Below, piece by piece: positions 53,731 to 64,000 of a DNA stretch of 64,000 nucleotides. The first letter of the stretch is position 1, and each line of letters opens with the position of its first letter. Under the pieces are notes generated by a model. It had not been told where the DNA came from, did not search any database, and worked only from the letters and a program-made list of their open reading frames with translations. The stretch spans positions 95,790,001-95,854,000 of the forward strand of contig OX597824.1 of assembly GCA_951406725.2 (NCBI GenBank), written 5' to 3'. The position numbers and the translations under genes are program-made. Source of the stretch: Octopus vulgaris (Eukaryota).

Positions 53731-54760
53731 GGGAGAGTTCACGAAAAAAAAAAAACAAGCGACGAAGACAGGTGGTGTACAAACAAACATGTATTAGTAT
53801 AACGCTCAGGAATTGAAAAAGTCTTTTACGTTTCGATCCTACGCTCTTCTACAGAAAAAAACAAGGAGAGAAAAAAAAAAGGAGAGAGAAAAAAATGTGT
53901 GTAGTGGCTACCGATCTATCATGGCGACTATATATATGGGACATGGTATTATCGGATAACACCTGATTTAATGGATAAACTAATCAATGAGCATTGGCCA
54001 AGTGAATAAAGGTTAGGATAATGTTTCTCGAAGGAGCGAGAAGTCTGTGAGGATTGAAAAGGGTACAAACTTCCATGTTTAATAAAATTAGATGGTTTTA
54101 GACGTATTTTTTTAATTCGTCCAATACCGTAAGAAGAGGAAGAGGAATTATACAGGGAACATAAAAGTAAAACATAAAACGTAAAGGATTAGTAAAGACG
54201 GGAGGGGGGAAGTTATCCCTAAGTTTTGGGAATGGGGTTAAAGAAAGACAGGTGTCGCTCAGTTTTCAAACCACTGCATTGGATGCTTTTCCAAGAATTC
54301 CCTGCAGTAGTAGAACTCAAGGTACGAAATATGAGGTATCGGTAATATATATATGTATGTATGTATGTATATATATATATATATAACGGGAAGGTTTACG
54401 AAAATAAACAAAAGACGAAGGCAGGTGGAGTACAAATAAACAAATGTGTTAGTATGGCGCTCAGGAATATAAATAGAACAAGTCTTTTACGTTTCGAGCC
54501 TACGCTCTTCGACAGAAAGACACACAGAAAAGAAACAAGGAGAGAAAAAAATGCGTGTAGGAGCTAACATATATATATATATATATATATAGTTGAAATT
54601 TACAGAAAAACAAAAGATGAAGACAGGTGCATAAACAACAAACAGGTGTATTAGTTTAACGCTCGGGAAGGTGAGAAAATCTTTTACGTTTCGAGCCTAC
54701 GCTCTTCAACAGAAAGGAACACACGAAGAAATAAGCAGAGAGAATAAAAAGTTGTTTGCG
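53727..54760 (-). mobile_element. Three tandem ~170-200-bp hammerhead-bearing repeats (Penelope pLTR or retrozyme-like)
   Basis: Copies at 53727-53930, 54386-54567 and 54590-54750; each has minus TTT-CTGTnGA-A-GAGC-GTAG-G(C/A)TC-GAAA-CGT-A-AAAG; separated by (TA)n. Confidence 0.75.
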
Positions 54761-54845
54761 TTTTGTTAAAAATCATACAGTGAACATGTGTTTGGATAAG
54801 TTTATCAGAATACCGATCAACACACACACAGATACATACACACAC

Positions 54846-54877
<32 letters not shown>

Positions 54878-54886
54878 ACATACACA

Positions 54887-54914
<28 letters not shown>

Positions 54915-54917
<3 letters not shown>

Positions 54918-55160
54918 ACACGCTGGAGTTGAACTAAGGACAGCTGATGAAGGGGAATTTTCCTTGTGTAGTTTGTCTTGTACTCTGTTTTTTTCGTTGT
55001 TTTTTTCGTTTCTCGTTGAGTTCAACGTCTATTTGTGGTGTCCTGTACTCACGTATATATATTTATATATGCATGTATATATACATGTAGATGTAGGTAC
55101 GTACATATATGTATGCATGTATGCATATATTTTATTTATTACACTATTATATATATATAT
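54915..55160 (+). mobile_element. Penelope-like fragment family E (also 47620-47897 on minus, 21250-21390 on plus)
   Basis: Shared ...GACA-CTGA(T/C)GAAGG..., T-rich tract, GTC(C/T)TGT and ATGTAGGTA(T/C)GTAC segments; adjacent to TA repeats. Confidence 0.55.
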
Positions 55161-55884
55161 ATATCCACACACACATACACACACATGTTTGTAGGCGCGA
55201 GCGCTTGTACGTGAATGTGTGACAGATTAATTCTCAAAAATTGTTATCGAACATTCCGTCTCCCTTCCTTTACGAATACTACAGAAGGGGGCTATTTCTA
55301 TGGCTACGAAGCCCGATTAGCCCGTCCCCAGAGCAGAATTCCGCTGATACTTGAATACAAAATATGAATAACGGCAAGCGACACAATCAACGACTTCGTT
55401 AAATGAGGAAGTGTCAGGAAATTCGAAACCAACACCCGTTATACAAAGAAGAATTACCTCAGAGTAGCTTATTAATAGCAAGAAAAACGAAGAGCAGGTG
55501 CTAGGGATGACACATAGTGAGGGGTGGTGAGTCTCGAAAGAATACGATCCCTGTTTCATTTGGTGGTTAATGGGATAGGGGAGAATTTGCTCGCTGAAAC
55601 TGAAGCTAGGAGCAGAGAAGATACAAGTCAGATGCCGCAGAAAATGTGTCCTACATATTTCAAGGTAAACTGAGAAGTACGGCTCATGTGTCACCAGCCG
55701 TGCCTTGCTTCACACGTGTACAAGCAATATAGGGGCCGGGATATTACCATTGCCGTTGTTGCTATTGTTGCTGTTGTTGTTGTCGTTATTATCATTATTA
55801 TTATTATTTACATCATACATAAACTCAGGACGATACAGTTATTTAAAAATAAAACGGGGATGGTTGAAACTATGACGTTCGTGC

Positions 55885-55919
<35 letters not shown>

Positions 55920-55986
55920 AGTGAGTACAGAGAGAGAGAGAGACAAACAGACAGATAAACATACAGATAGACAAATAGATAGATAT

Positions 55987-56031
<45 letters not shown>

Positions 56032-56364
56032 ACAAATTACAAGGTAGAGCTTTTCTTTTGGGGGTAAAAAAAAAGGGAGTGGTGGTTTTCGATCAAAAGG
56101 GATCGTAGAAGAAGAGGACAAAAGGGAGCAAAAAAAATAGATAGAAGTGTAAAGAGACAGGTGAGGTAGAGAGATAGAAGTCACATGTTATATTTCTTTT
56201 TTTTTTTTTTTTGAAATAGATAGATAGATAGAATCATAGTCAAGGTGGCTTCGTCATTCATACGTGCCATCCTTGCTACATTCACCCATCTTTTTTTAAA
56301 ACATTCACTAGACAAAACTTGCCTATCTACTCTCACTTTTTTCTTCAAGTGATACTTGAAGAAG

Positions 56365-56414
<50 letters not shown>

Positions 56415-56659
56415 CTTTCGCGTACGTTAGTGAACGAAGAAAATGGACAACGCTTCAGTCAGGAATCAAATGCTAAGTTGGGATCACCTGGAGAAGAATG
56501 TCCCAGTCATTTACAATGAATTGTGAATATACAATTGTATCCTCCCCAAAGTGAAAGAGAATGACAGCTATTGCTATTTCGCGGTCATTTCCGCGCCTCA
56601 GTTCCACACACTGATCCGCCACCGAAAGGAAACATCTGCTTCGACCAGCTCCAGATTCT

Positions 56660-56930
56660 TTTATTATTTTACTTGTTTCAGTCATTTGACTGCGGCCATG
56701 CTGGAGCACTGCCTTTAGTCGAGCAAATCGACCCCACAACTTATTCTCTTTCAGCCTAGTACTTATTCAATCGGTCTCTTTTGTCGAACTGCTAAGTTAC
56801 GGGGATGTAAACGCACCAGCATCGATTGTCAAGTGATGTTGGGAGGGGACAAACGCAGACATAGAAACGTATACACACACACACACACGCACAACACACA
56901 CACGCATATATATCCGACGGGCTTCTTTTC
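56660..56930 (-). mobile_element. SINE family A 3' portion
   Basis: Tail match on the minus strand. Confidence 0.88.
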
Positions 56931-57908
56931 TTTCAAAATTCTTATCTTGTTTTTTCACTCATTAACGTAAGCTGAGCTATGTAAAACATAAGAGAAAGAA
57001 ACATGGTTGTTTTTGTAATAAATGCATCTAAAGTAAAAAAAAATTTCGTGGATCCTTGATATACTACAGTGTGTCCCCTAATTTACTGTTTCGCTTGCGA
57101 GGACGTCCAAAAGTCTTATATGGAACTTCAGGAATAATATAGATCCCGGACGAATTTCACTAGTCTAAGCGTAGAGACGCAACTATGACAGAGAAACGAA
57201 GGCCCTGCTCGCCGGCAGCTAACCTTCTCATCCTACTTATAAAAGTAAATATCTGCACGCTGGCAAACGCACAAATATACATACCTAACTCTAGCATAGC
57301 TTGCCTCTCCGCCATGCTATGGCAGCCGATCTATAAACGCTTATCTCTTTCAGCAAACTTCAATCTATTTCTAGAACTGCTAGCTTTACCTGAGGGCTGT
57401 GTAAATAGCTCTTCCGATGTTAACTTTAAAATGTATCTCTTTCCACATTCTGGCGCCTGATTAACTGCTGGCTTCTTGATAGGAATGCCAAGAAGGATGA
57501 ATTGTAGCGCTTGTATTTAGCCTGAACACAGCGTCTAATGAGAACATTCATCATAATATCTTTCACGTTTCATATCAAAGATTGCAGCCGACCCCACTTG
57601 CACTTCTAGTGATCATTGAAAATGATACGCCTCATACACACATACATATACACGCAGATAGACACATACACAAACACACATGTATATATATAGTCATACA
57701 CACAAACACGCGCATATATATATATATATAAACTCCAAGAAAGTTAGGGGTTGTGGGTCCAACCCACTAAGGGATAACATCTATCCAATATACTGTAGGT
57801 AAAATACCCAATTAATTAATACACAAGTGTTTTTTTAAAGCATTGCAATTAACTTACCTAGTGTATTAAATGGGTGAAGGTAAAGAGATATTTTACCATT
57901 AATTTATA

Positions 57909-58306
57909 GGCGCAGGAGTGGCTGTGTGGTAAGTAGCTTGCTAACCAACCACATGGTTCCGGGTTCAGTCCTACTGCGTGGCATCTTGGGCAAGTGTCTT
58001 CTGCTATAGCCCCGGGCCGACCAATGCCTTGTGAGTGAATTTGGTAGACGGAAACTGAAAGAAGCCTGTCGTATATATGTATGTGTGTGTATGTGTTTGT
58101 CCCCCTAGCATTGCTTGACAACCGATGCTGGTGTGTTTACGTCCCCGTCACTTAGCGGTTCGGCAAAAGAGACCGATAGAATAAGTACTGGGCTTACAAA
58201 GAATAAGTCCCGGGGTCGATTTTCTCGACTAAAAAAAAAGGCGGTGCTCCAGCATGGCCGCAGTCAAATGACTGAAACAAGTAAAAGAGTAAAAGAGTAA
58301 AAGAGT
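57909..58306 (+). mobile_element. SINE family A, full length and young-looking
   Basis: Complete match; (GTAAAAGA)3 tail. Confidence 0.95.
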
Positions 58307-58309
58307 ATT

Positions 58310-58499
58310 GCAAATAAGAAAATGGAGGAGGACAATAGTTGGTTCATCAACTTTAGGACATTAAAAATGTTAACTTAGAATAATATGCTATATGTATGTT
58401 TGTTATTATAATTATTAGTTTAATAAATAAATAAGTTAACATTTTTAATGTCCTAAAGTTGATGAACCAACTATTGTTCTCCTCCATTTTCTTATTTGC
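58310..58499. repeat. 68-bp-arm inverted repeat with a 54-nt AT-rich spacer
   Basis: Arms 58310-58377 and 58432-58499; one G-T mismatch. Confidence 0.95.
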
Positions 58500-58514
58500 T
58501 ATATATATATATAT

Positions 58515-58702
58515 TTTTTTTTTTCTCTCTCTTTCTTTCTGTGTTTCTTCTCTGTGTATCTTTCTGTTGAAGAGCGTAGGCTCGAAACGTTAAAGACTTG
58601 TTTTATTTATATTTCCTGAGCGCCATACTAATACAATTGTTTGTTTGTATTCCACCTGCCTTCGTCATTTGTTTATTTCCGTAAAGCTTCTTTCCGTTCC
58701 CG
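58515..58702 (+). mobile_element. Hammerhead-bearing repeat, same subfamily as 54386-54567 (motif 58559-58596)
   Basis: TCTTT-CTGTTGA-A-GAGC-GTAG-GCTC-GAAA-CGT-T-AAAGA; (TA)n on both sides. Confidence 0.72.
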
Positions 58703-58766
<64 letters not shown>

Positions 58767-59273
58767 CAATCTAATGACTGAAACAAGTAAAAGATAATAT
58801 GCATTATACATAAATGTATATATTGGGACGATTGTGTGTGTGTGTAAGAGAGAGAGGAGGAAGGAGAGAGGAACAGAGGAGAGGAAGCCGAGAGGAAAAA
58901 AAAGCGAGTGTTTTTGAAGAGTGACCTTCAGCCAAAGAGGAGACTCGTAAGAACCAGTTGAGGATCTCTTCTGACGAACGTACATCCTCGCCATATCAAA
59001 GACCGCATCTTAAAGACCAACTTTTCACTTTAGAGTTTTCCCACCAGCAGTTATCAATTTTCTTCAAAGACCAACAATAGAGAGCTGCTCTCACATCTGG
59101 AATAGAGTTACTGCTACACACACACACACACATGCACATACACACACACAAGACACACACAAATACATACACATATACACACACATGTACATACACACAC
59201 ACAAGACACACACACAAATACATACACATATATACACACACACACAAAAGGACAATTTCTAAATGTTATCGCT

Positions 59274-59660
59274 TACCATAAAATTATCAACCATCGTACA
59301 AACAATAACTCTGAGCCCCTTTTCAAACTCTACCTGTCTATCACCCGTGGACATGTTTACAAAGTCAGAAAACAGCACAGCTCCCATGACTTCAGGAAAC
59401 ATTTTTTCACGCTAAGAGTTGGTGAAGCATGGAACAAACTGCCGGCATCAGTTGTTAGTTGTCGGAGCACTGCATTCTTCAAAACTTCCATGCTTCCTGA
59501 GATTCGCCAACACTACACCTGATTTTCTCCCCTCCATACACACACAAGCATGTATCTGACTCATACACTGTTCGTTTTCCAGACATTTGTACATTACTGT
59601 ATATGCTTTATACGCACTTTTGACAAATTGTGGTGCACCTGAGCACTGTACACAATAATT

Positions 59661-59713
<53 letters not shown>

Positions 59714-59718
59714 ATTAT
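59274..59718 (+). mobile_element. CR1-clade LINE 3' end with (ATT)n tail
   Basis: Open frame 59274-59522 YHKIIN...TRGHVYKVRKQHSSHDFRKHFFTLRVGEAWNKLPASVVSCRSTAFFK...*, the CR1 TRGH / FF..RV / WN.LP signature; then a 3' UTR and (ATT)n. Confidence 0.92.
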
Positions 59719-59719
59719 C

Positions 59720-60030
59720 TTTTCTTTTACTTGATTTCAAGCATACTGGAGCACCGCCTTAAAAGGTTTAGCCAAACAAAGCAACCCCAGTAGTTTCTTT
59801 TCCCCCTGAGCCTGAAGAATAAGGCTCAGGGTCTCTTTGTGCAGAACGTAGACAAACCGACACGAGGTGTCAAGCAGTGTGGGACACATCAAACACGCGC
59901 GCGCGCGCAACAGGTTTCTTTCAGTTTCCGTCTGCCAAATCCACTCACAAAGCTTTGATTGACCCAGAGCTTTTATCAGATGACACCTGTCCAAACTGCT
60001 GAACTGTGGGACTGAAACCGGAACCATTGT
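59720..60030 (-). mobile_element. SINE family A, diverged
   Basis: Tail and body matches. Confidence 0.75.
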
Positions 60031-60481
60031 GGTCTAACAATGAAGTATGTACCTGTTGCAGTACAAACATAAACCAGGATATTGTTTTACTAGAAAGATA
60101 TTGACTTACCTGAAATACAGTATTGTCTTACCAGGTGTAAAACGAAAGTCTGGTTGCTTCCTTCCAAAAGCTTTTAGATTAAGAGAAAGCATTGTTTTAA
60201 GCTGAGTGGGGGTGTTAGATTCCCTTGTATAAGGACACAGATCGTGTCATATAGCCAGCTAGAGACGATGTCTCCTGGAGCTAAATTACAGCAACATTCG
60301 TCCTAGGACTGCCATGTTATGTTGGCAGACAATCTTTACTACAAAGTACTGTTGCTGAATATCTCACGTTCTGAGATTTAAAAATAGTAATTTTCTAAAA
60401 GAAAGCAATCTTCCGTTTTATTGTTTGTTTTCAACTATCAAATTTTTAAATATTGCTTTTTTTTTTCAGCAAATTAGCCTA

Positions 60482-60660
60482 AGGCGGCGAGCTAGCAGAA
60501 TCGTTAATTTTGAGTTCGAATTCCGCTGAGGTCGACTTTGCCTTTCATCCTTTCGGGGTCGATAATTAAGTACCAGTTTAGCACCGGTGTCGATGTAATT
60601 GATTTACCCACCACCACCACCATCAAATTGCTGGCCTTGTGCCAAAATTTGAAATCAAAT
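60482..60660 (+). mobile_element. SINE family B
   Basis: GGCGGCGAGCTAGCAGAATCGTTA..GAGTTCGAATTCCGC head plus CORE-like segment. Confidence 0.85.
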
Positions 60661-61892
60661 TACAAACTTTCTTCTTTTAATTGCTTCATTCATTGAACTT
60701 CAGCGCCATGCTGGAGTTCTTCCTTGAAAGGTGTTCTATTAATTGAACAAAGCGATCCTAGCGCTAATGTTTTGAAGTCTAATACCTATTCTATCGATAC
60801 TCTTTTACCAATCTGCTACGTCATGGTGATCTAAACAAACGAACACCAGTTATCAAGCAAGTGGGGAGGCAACACACACACACAAACACACACACATATG
60901 GTGAGCTTCCATACAGTTTCCGTCTAACAAATTCAGAAGACATTCATCGTCTCAGATCTATAGCAGAAGACACTTTCCCAAGGTGCTGCGCAACAAATTA
61001 TACCAAGTTCTACACACAAGGTAATGGTCAACCTGCAATGGTGGAGAAGGGCACTTGCTGAAGATGATGTTCAGCAAGATCAAGAGGGTTTTCTTAAAGT
61101 CCTTTACGCGTCACCAAAAAAAAGAAAAAACCCCGCTCCGTGTAACGGGCAACACGCGTAATAGCTTCGCCATCATTGCCCTACGTAGTCACTTCACCAG
61201 CTTGAAACAGTAGCCAAATATCCCTTAAATCGAACACTATTGCTCATTTCACCAAATCCCATTGTGCAAACGCCCTCTTCGCATATTTTACAAATAATTA
61301 AAACAAAATTAATTTTAATTACACGGGAGCCAAGTTTGCTTAATTACGAAGCATATTTTCCTCTACCCCCCCCCCCCGTCCCGTCCAGTTCGGTATGTGT
61401 CACTTCTCAGATATTTGCGGGGATTATTGCCGCCTACGTTAAAATTTTGTTTCAGTCATTGGAGTAGGGCTACGCTGGGACAAGAGTTTAGTATACTTCA
61501 TAGTATACTATGGCTGTGACTACGCTGGGTGGGACAACGTTTATATTATGACTATGCTAAGACAACGTTTAATATACTTCGTGGTATATTCTGGTCGCAT
61601 ATCGAAATACGGCGTCCCCACAAGTCATTAATACTAACACCTTGCAGGGTTTTAGTCCAAAAGATCGAATCCAGTACTCTTTTTAAAGTACGGTACTTAT
61701 TCTCTCAGTGTCTTTTTGCCGAATAGCTACGTTACAGAAGTGTAAACAAACTGATGACGGTTGTCAAGCGGTGTGTGGCAGTGACAAACACAGACGCAAT
61801 GACAAACACAGAACACGCATACATAAGACGGGCTTCCACACAGTTTCTGACAACCAAATTTACTCACAAGTCAATGGTCGGAAACTCTGTAG

Positions 61893-62305
61893 AGGCGAGC
61901 TGACGGAATCGTTAGCACGCCGGGCAAATACTTTGTGGTATTTCGTCCGCCGCTGCGTTCTGAGTTCAAATTCCGCCGAGGTCGACTTTACCTTTCATCC
62001 TTTCGGAGTCGATAAATTAAGTACCAGTAACGCACTGGGGTCGATGAAATCGACTTAATCCGTTTGTCTGTACTTGTTTGTCCTCTCTATATTTAGCCCC
62101 TTGTGGGCAGTAAAGAAATAAGAAGAATCGTTAGCACGTCGGACAAAATGTTTAGTGTCATTTCTTCTGACTGTTTACGTTCAGTGTTCAAATCCCGCAG
62201 AGGTCAACTTTGCCTCCACCCTTCGGTGTCTGTAAAATAAAGTATCGTTCATGTATCGCGAGCAATGTAATCGACTTGTCTCCTCACCTCAAATTGCTGG
62301 CTTGA
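61893..62305 (+). mobile_element. SINE family B head-to-tail dimer
   Basis: Full copy to 62122, immediately followed by AGAATCGTTAGCACG of a second, more diverged copy. Confidence 0.88.
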
Positions 62306-62428
62306 ACCCTGAAACAGGTCGACGTCCAGTTCAAAGGGAATGTTTTGATCTTCGGCCATTTATACACCACGAAAACCTGGCAACCGTTCTTACGAGTCCC
62401 AAGGCTCCAGAATAATTTTAGCCTAGAC

Positions 62429-62647
62429 CATTGGTTTTCAACCAGGGTTCCACGGAACCTTAGAGTTCCACCAGTACAGTCCAGGGGTTCCGCAAGAAGT
62501 TACAAAACTGCTAAAATCGGCAGCAATTTTTAATTCTCCTGTGCAGGTATGTGTGCATAAGACTATTAAAATATTGCACAGGGGTTCCTCGAGCCAGTGG
62601 AATGTTTCCTTGGGGTTCCACTCCAGCAAAAAGTTTGAAAAGCACTG
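62429..62647. mobile_element. hAT-type MITE with 8-bp TSD GCCTAGAC
   Basis: Ends CATTGGTTTTCAA and TTGAAAAGCACTG; GCCTAGAC at 62421-62428 and 62648-62655; internal GGTTCCA repeats. Confidence 0.92.
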
Positions 62648-63357
62648 GCCTAGACAGCATTTCGTCCTCGTTTTCAGCTCGATCAGTGTTAAACTGGGGT
62701 TAAACAACAGCAGCAACATTGCAGTCTTTCAGTTTTAGCAAAGTACATTTTATTCAGATAAAGTTCACAAAATGGAATAAATTATTTATGACGAGGGAAA
62801 AAGTAGGTGTCTAGCATTTCGGGCGGAACCTTTTCGTCGGAGAAAAACGAGTTGTTTACCGATATTGGATAAATAAGTTAAGGGTAGCGAGAGGGAGAGA
62901 GGGAAAAAATTAGTAGCGAAGAATAAGAGGGGGAGGAAAAAGGGGAGGTAATAAGGGAAAACAATTGTTAGTTGAATACAAAGGTCAAAGCGTGGTGAAT
63001 ATCAACAGAATCTCTTTCCGTCTTCTGCTCGCCCCCACCCCCACCCCCCGGGCCTGTCACAGTTAACAGCTCGTAACTAACTGCTCGACCCCCATTTGTG
63101 TGATTATTACAAGCCATGCTGAAGGCTGCTGTACGATGTTTTACATGTCCCTGTCATTCCACCTGCCAGCCAAACCGACCATCAAGCCAGTAAGGGAGCC
63201 TCTACGTGGTCACACGAATTGCTAGAAATATTAGCCAATTTTTTTCTCAACTGTGTCAATGAAACCGGGAAACCGGCCCTTATGAGCCACGCAAGGCTCG
63301 AGAAGGAACAAACAACGACATAAAAAAGACTGGATCTCTAGACCGAAATCTAGATAG

Positions 63358-63520
63358 GACGACGGGCTTCTTCGCGATTTCCGCTCAGCAAATTCACTCA
63401 CAAGTTATTGGTCAGCCCGAGGCAGAAGACACTTTCCCAAGTTGCCGCGTTATGTGACTACACCCGAAACCACGTGGTTGCAAAGAGAGCTCCTTAACTA
63501 CACAGCTATGCCTGCACTCC
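63358..63520 (-). mobile_element. SINE family A 5' half, diverged
   Basis: Matches the family A head. Confidence 0.8.
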
Positions 63521-63754
63521 CTGCCCCTTTTCCTAATTCTCTTTATCTATTTGTCCTTATATAAAAAAAAAAACCACCACCATTTTTTCCCTTCCCTCCT
63601 CTTCTAATCTTATCTTCACAGGCTCCCCTCTCTACTGACTCAGCTAACGCAAACGCACACAATCGTCCGACGCCATTTGCACGTGTTATGTCATCTAACA
63701 AAACAACTCCTAAACGCTATTGTATCGACAGTCAGTGGCTTGTTGTTTGCCTTT

Positions 63755-63990
63755 GCTGTTTAACCCCAGGTCGACCTTGATCGAGCAGAGAGGCCTTTGA
63801 TCAAAGACGTTCGAGCCGTAATCATTCTACCCTACCTTTTTTTTATGCTTTAGCACAGTGTATCCAGAACTACACCATCCTGGATACACATGCTTGTTTC
63901 GTTTATGGCAATTGGGTATGATTTAAGGTACATTTGGCTGCTTCTTCTAGAAGGTTAAAGGACCAGGTGGGAGCCCCGTCTCTAGCATGG
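63755..63990 (-). mobile_element. Old interspersed repeat (SINE-like); other copies near 5800, 30720, 42295, 49905, 51970, 63200
   Basis: Shared CTAGAAATAGCAGCCAA-like and TTTGATCA..GGGGTTAAACAAC segments. Confidence 0.6.
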
Positions 63991-64000
63991 TGACTGGTTT

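Noticed and set aside
53940-54345. Possible GIY-YIG C-terminal coding relic between the hammerhead repeats
   Set aside because: Only a short minus frame (LEFYYCREFLEKHPMQWFEN*) with no diagnostic motif.
55317-55694. 125-aa minus ORF
   Set aside because: No recognisable family and no convincing exon boundaries.

Overview
This is an AT-rich eukaryotic intergenic or intronic window with no credible host protein-coding exon; almost all ORF-track entries are microsatellite artefacts. The repeat families look like those of a coleoid cephalopod (Octopus); this is recognition from memory, not a database search. Content: dozens of tRNA-derived SINE copies from at least 4 families, 3' fragments of RTE and CR1 LINEs, several MITEs (hAT type with 8-bp TSD, mariner type, and a GGGATC-ended family with 6-bp TSD, one copy carrying TTAGGG repeats), a non-autonomous Helitron, and very dense microsatellites. 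The most notable signal is a set of short non-coding elements, usually embedded in (TA)n tracts, that carry hammerhead ribozyme-like cores (CUGnnGA / stem II / GAAA / palindromic stem III / UH) with stem I re-paired by different sequences in different copies. Three copies lie in tandem at 53.7-54.8 kb, an arrangement resembling Penelope-associated minimal hammerheads or retrozymes that could release a ~197-nt monomer. All structures were read by eye; none has been folded computationally or tested.
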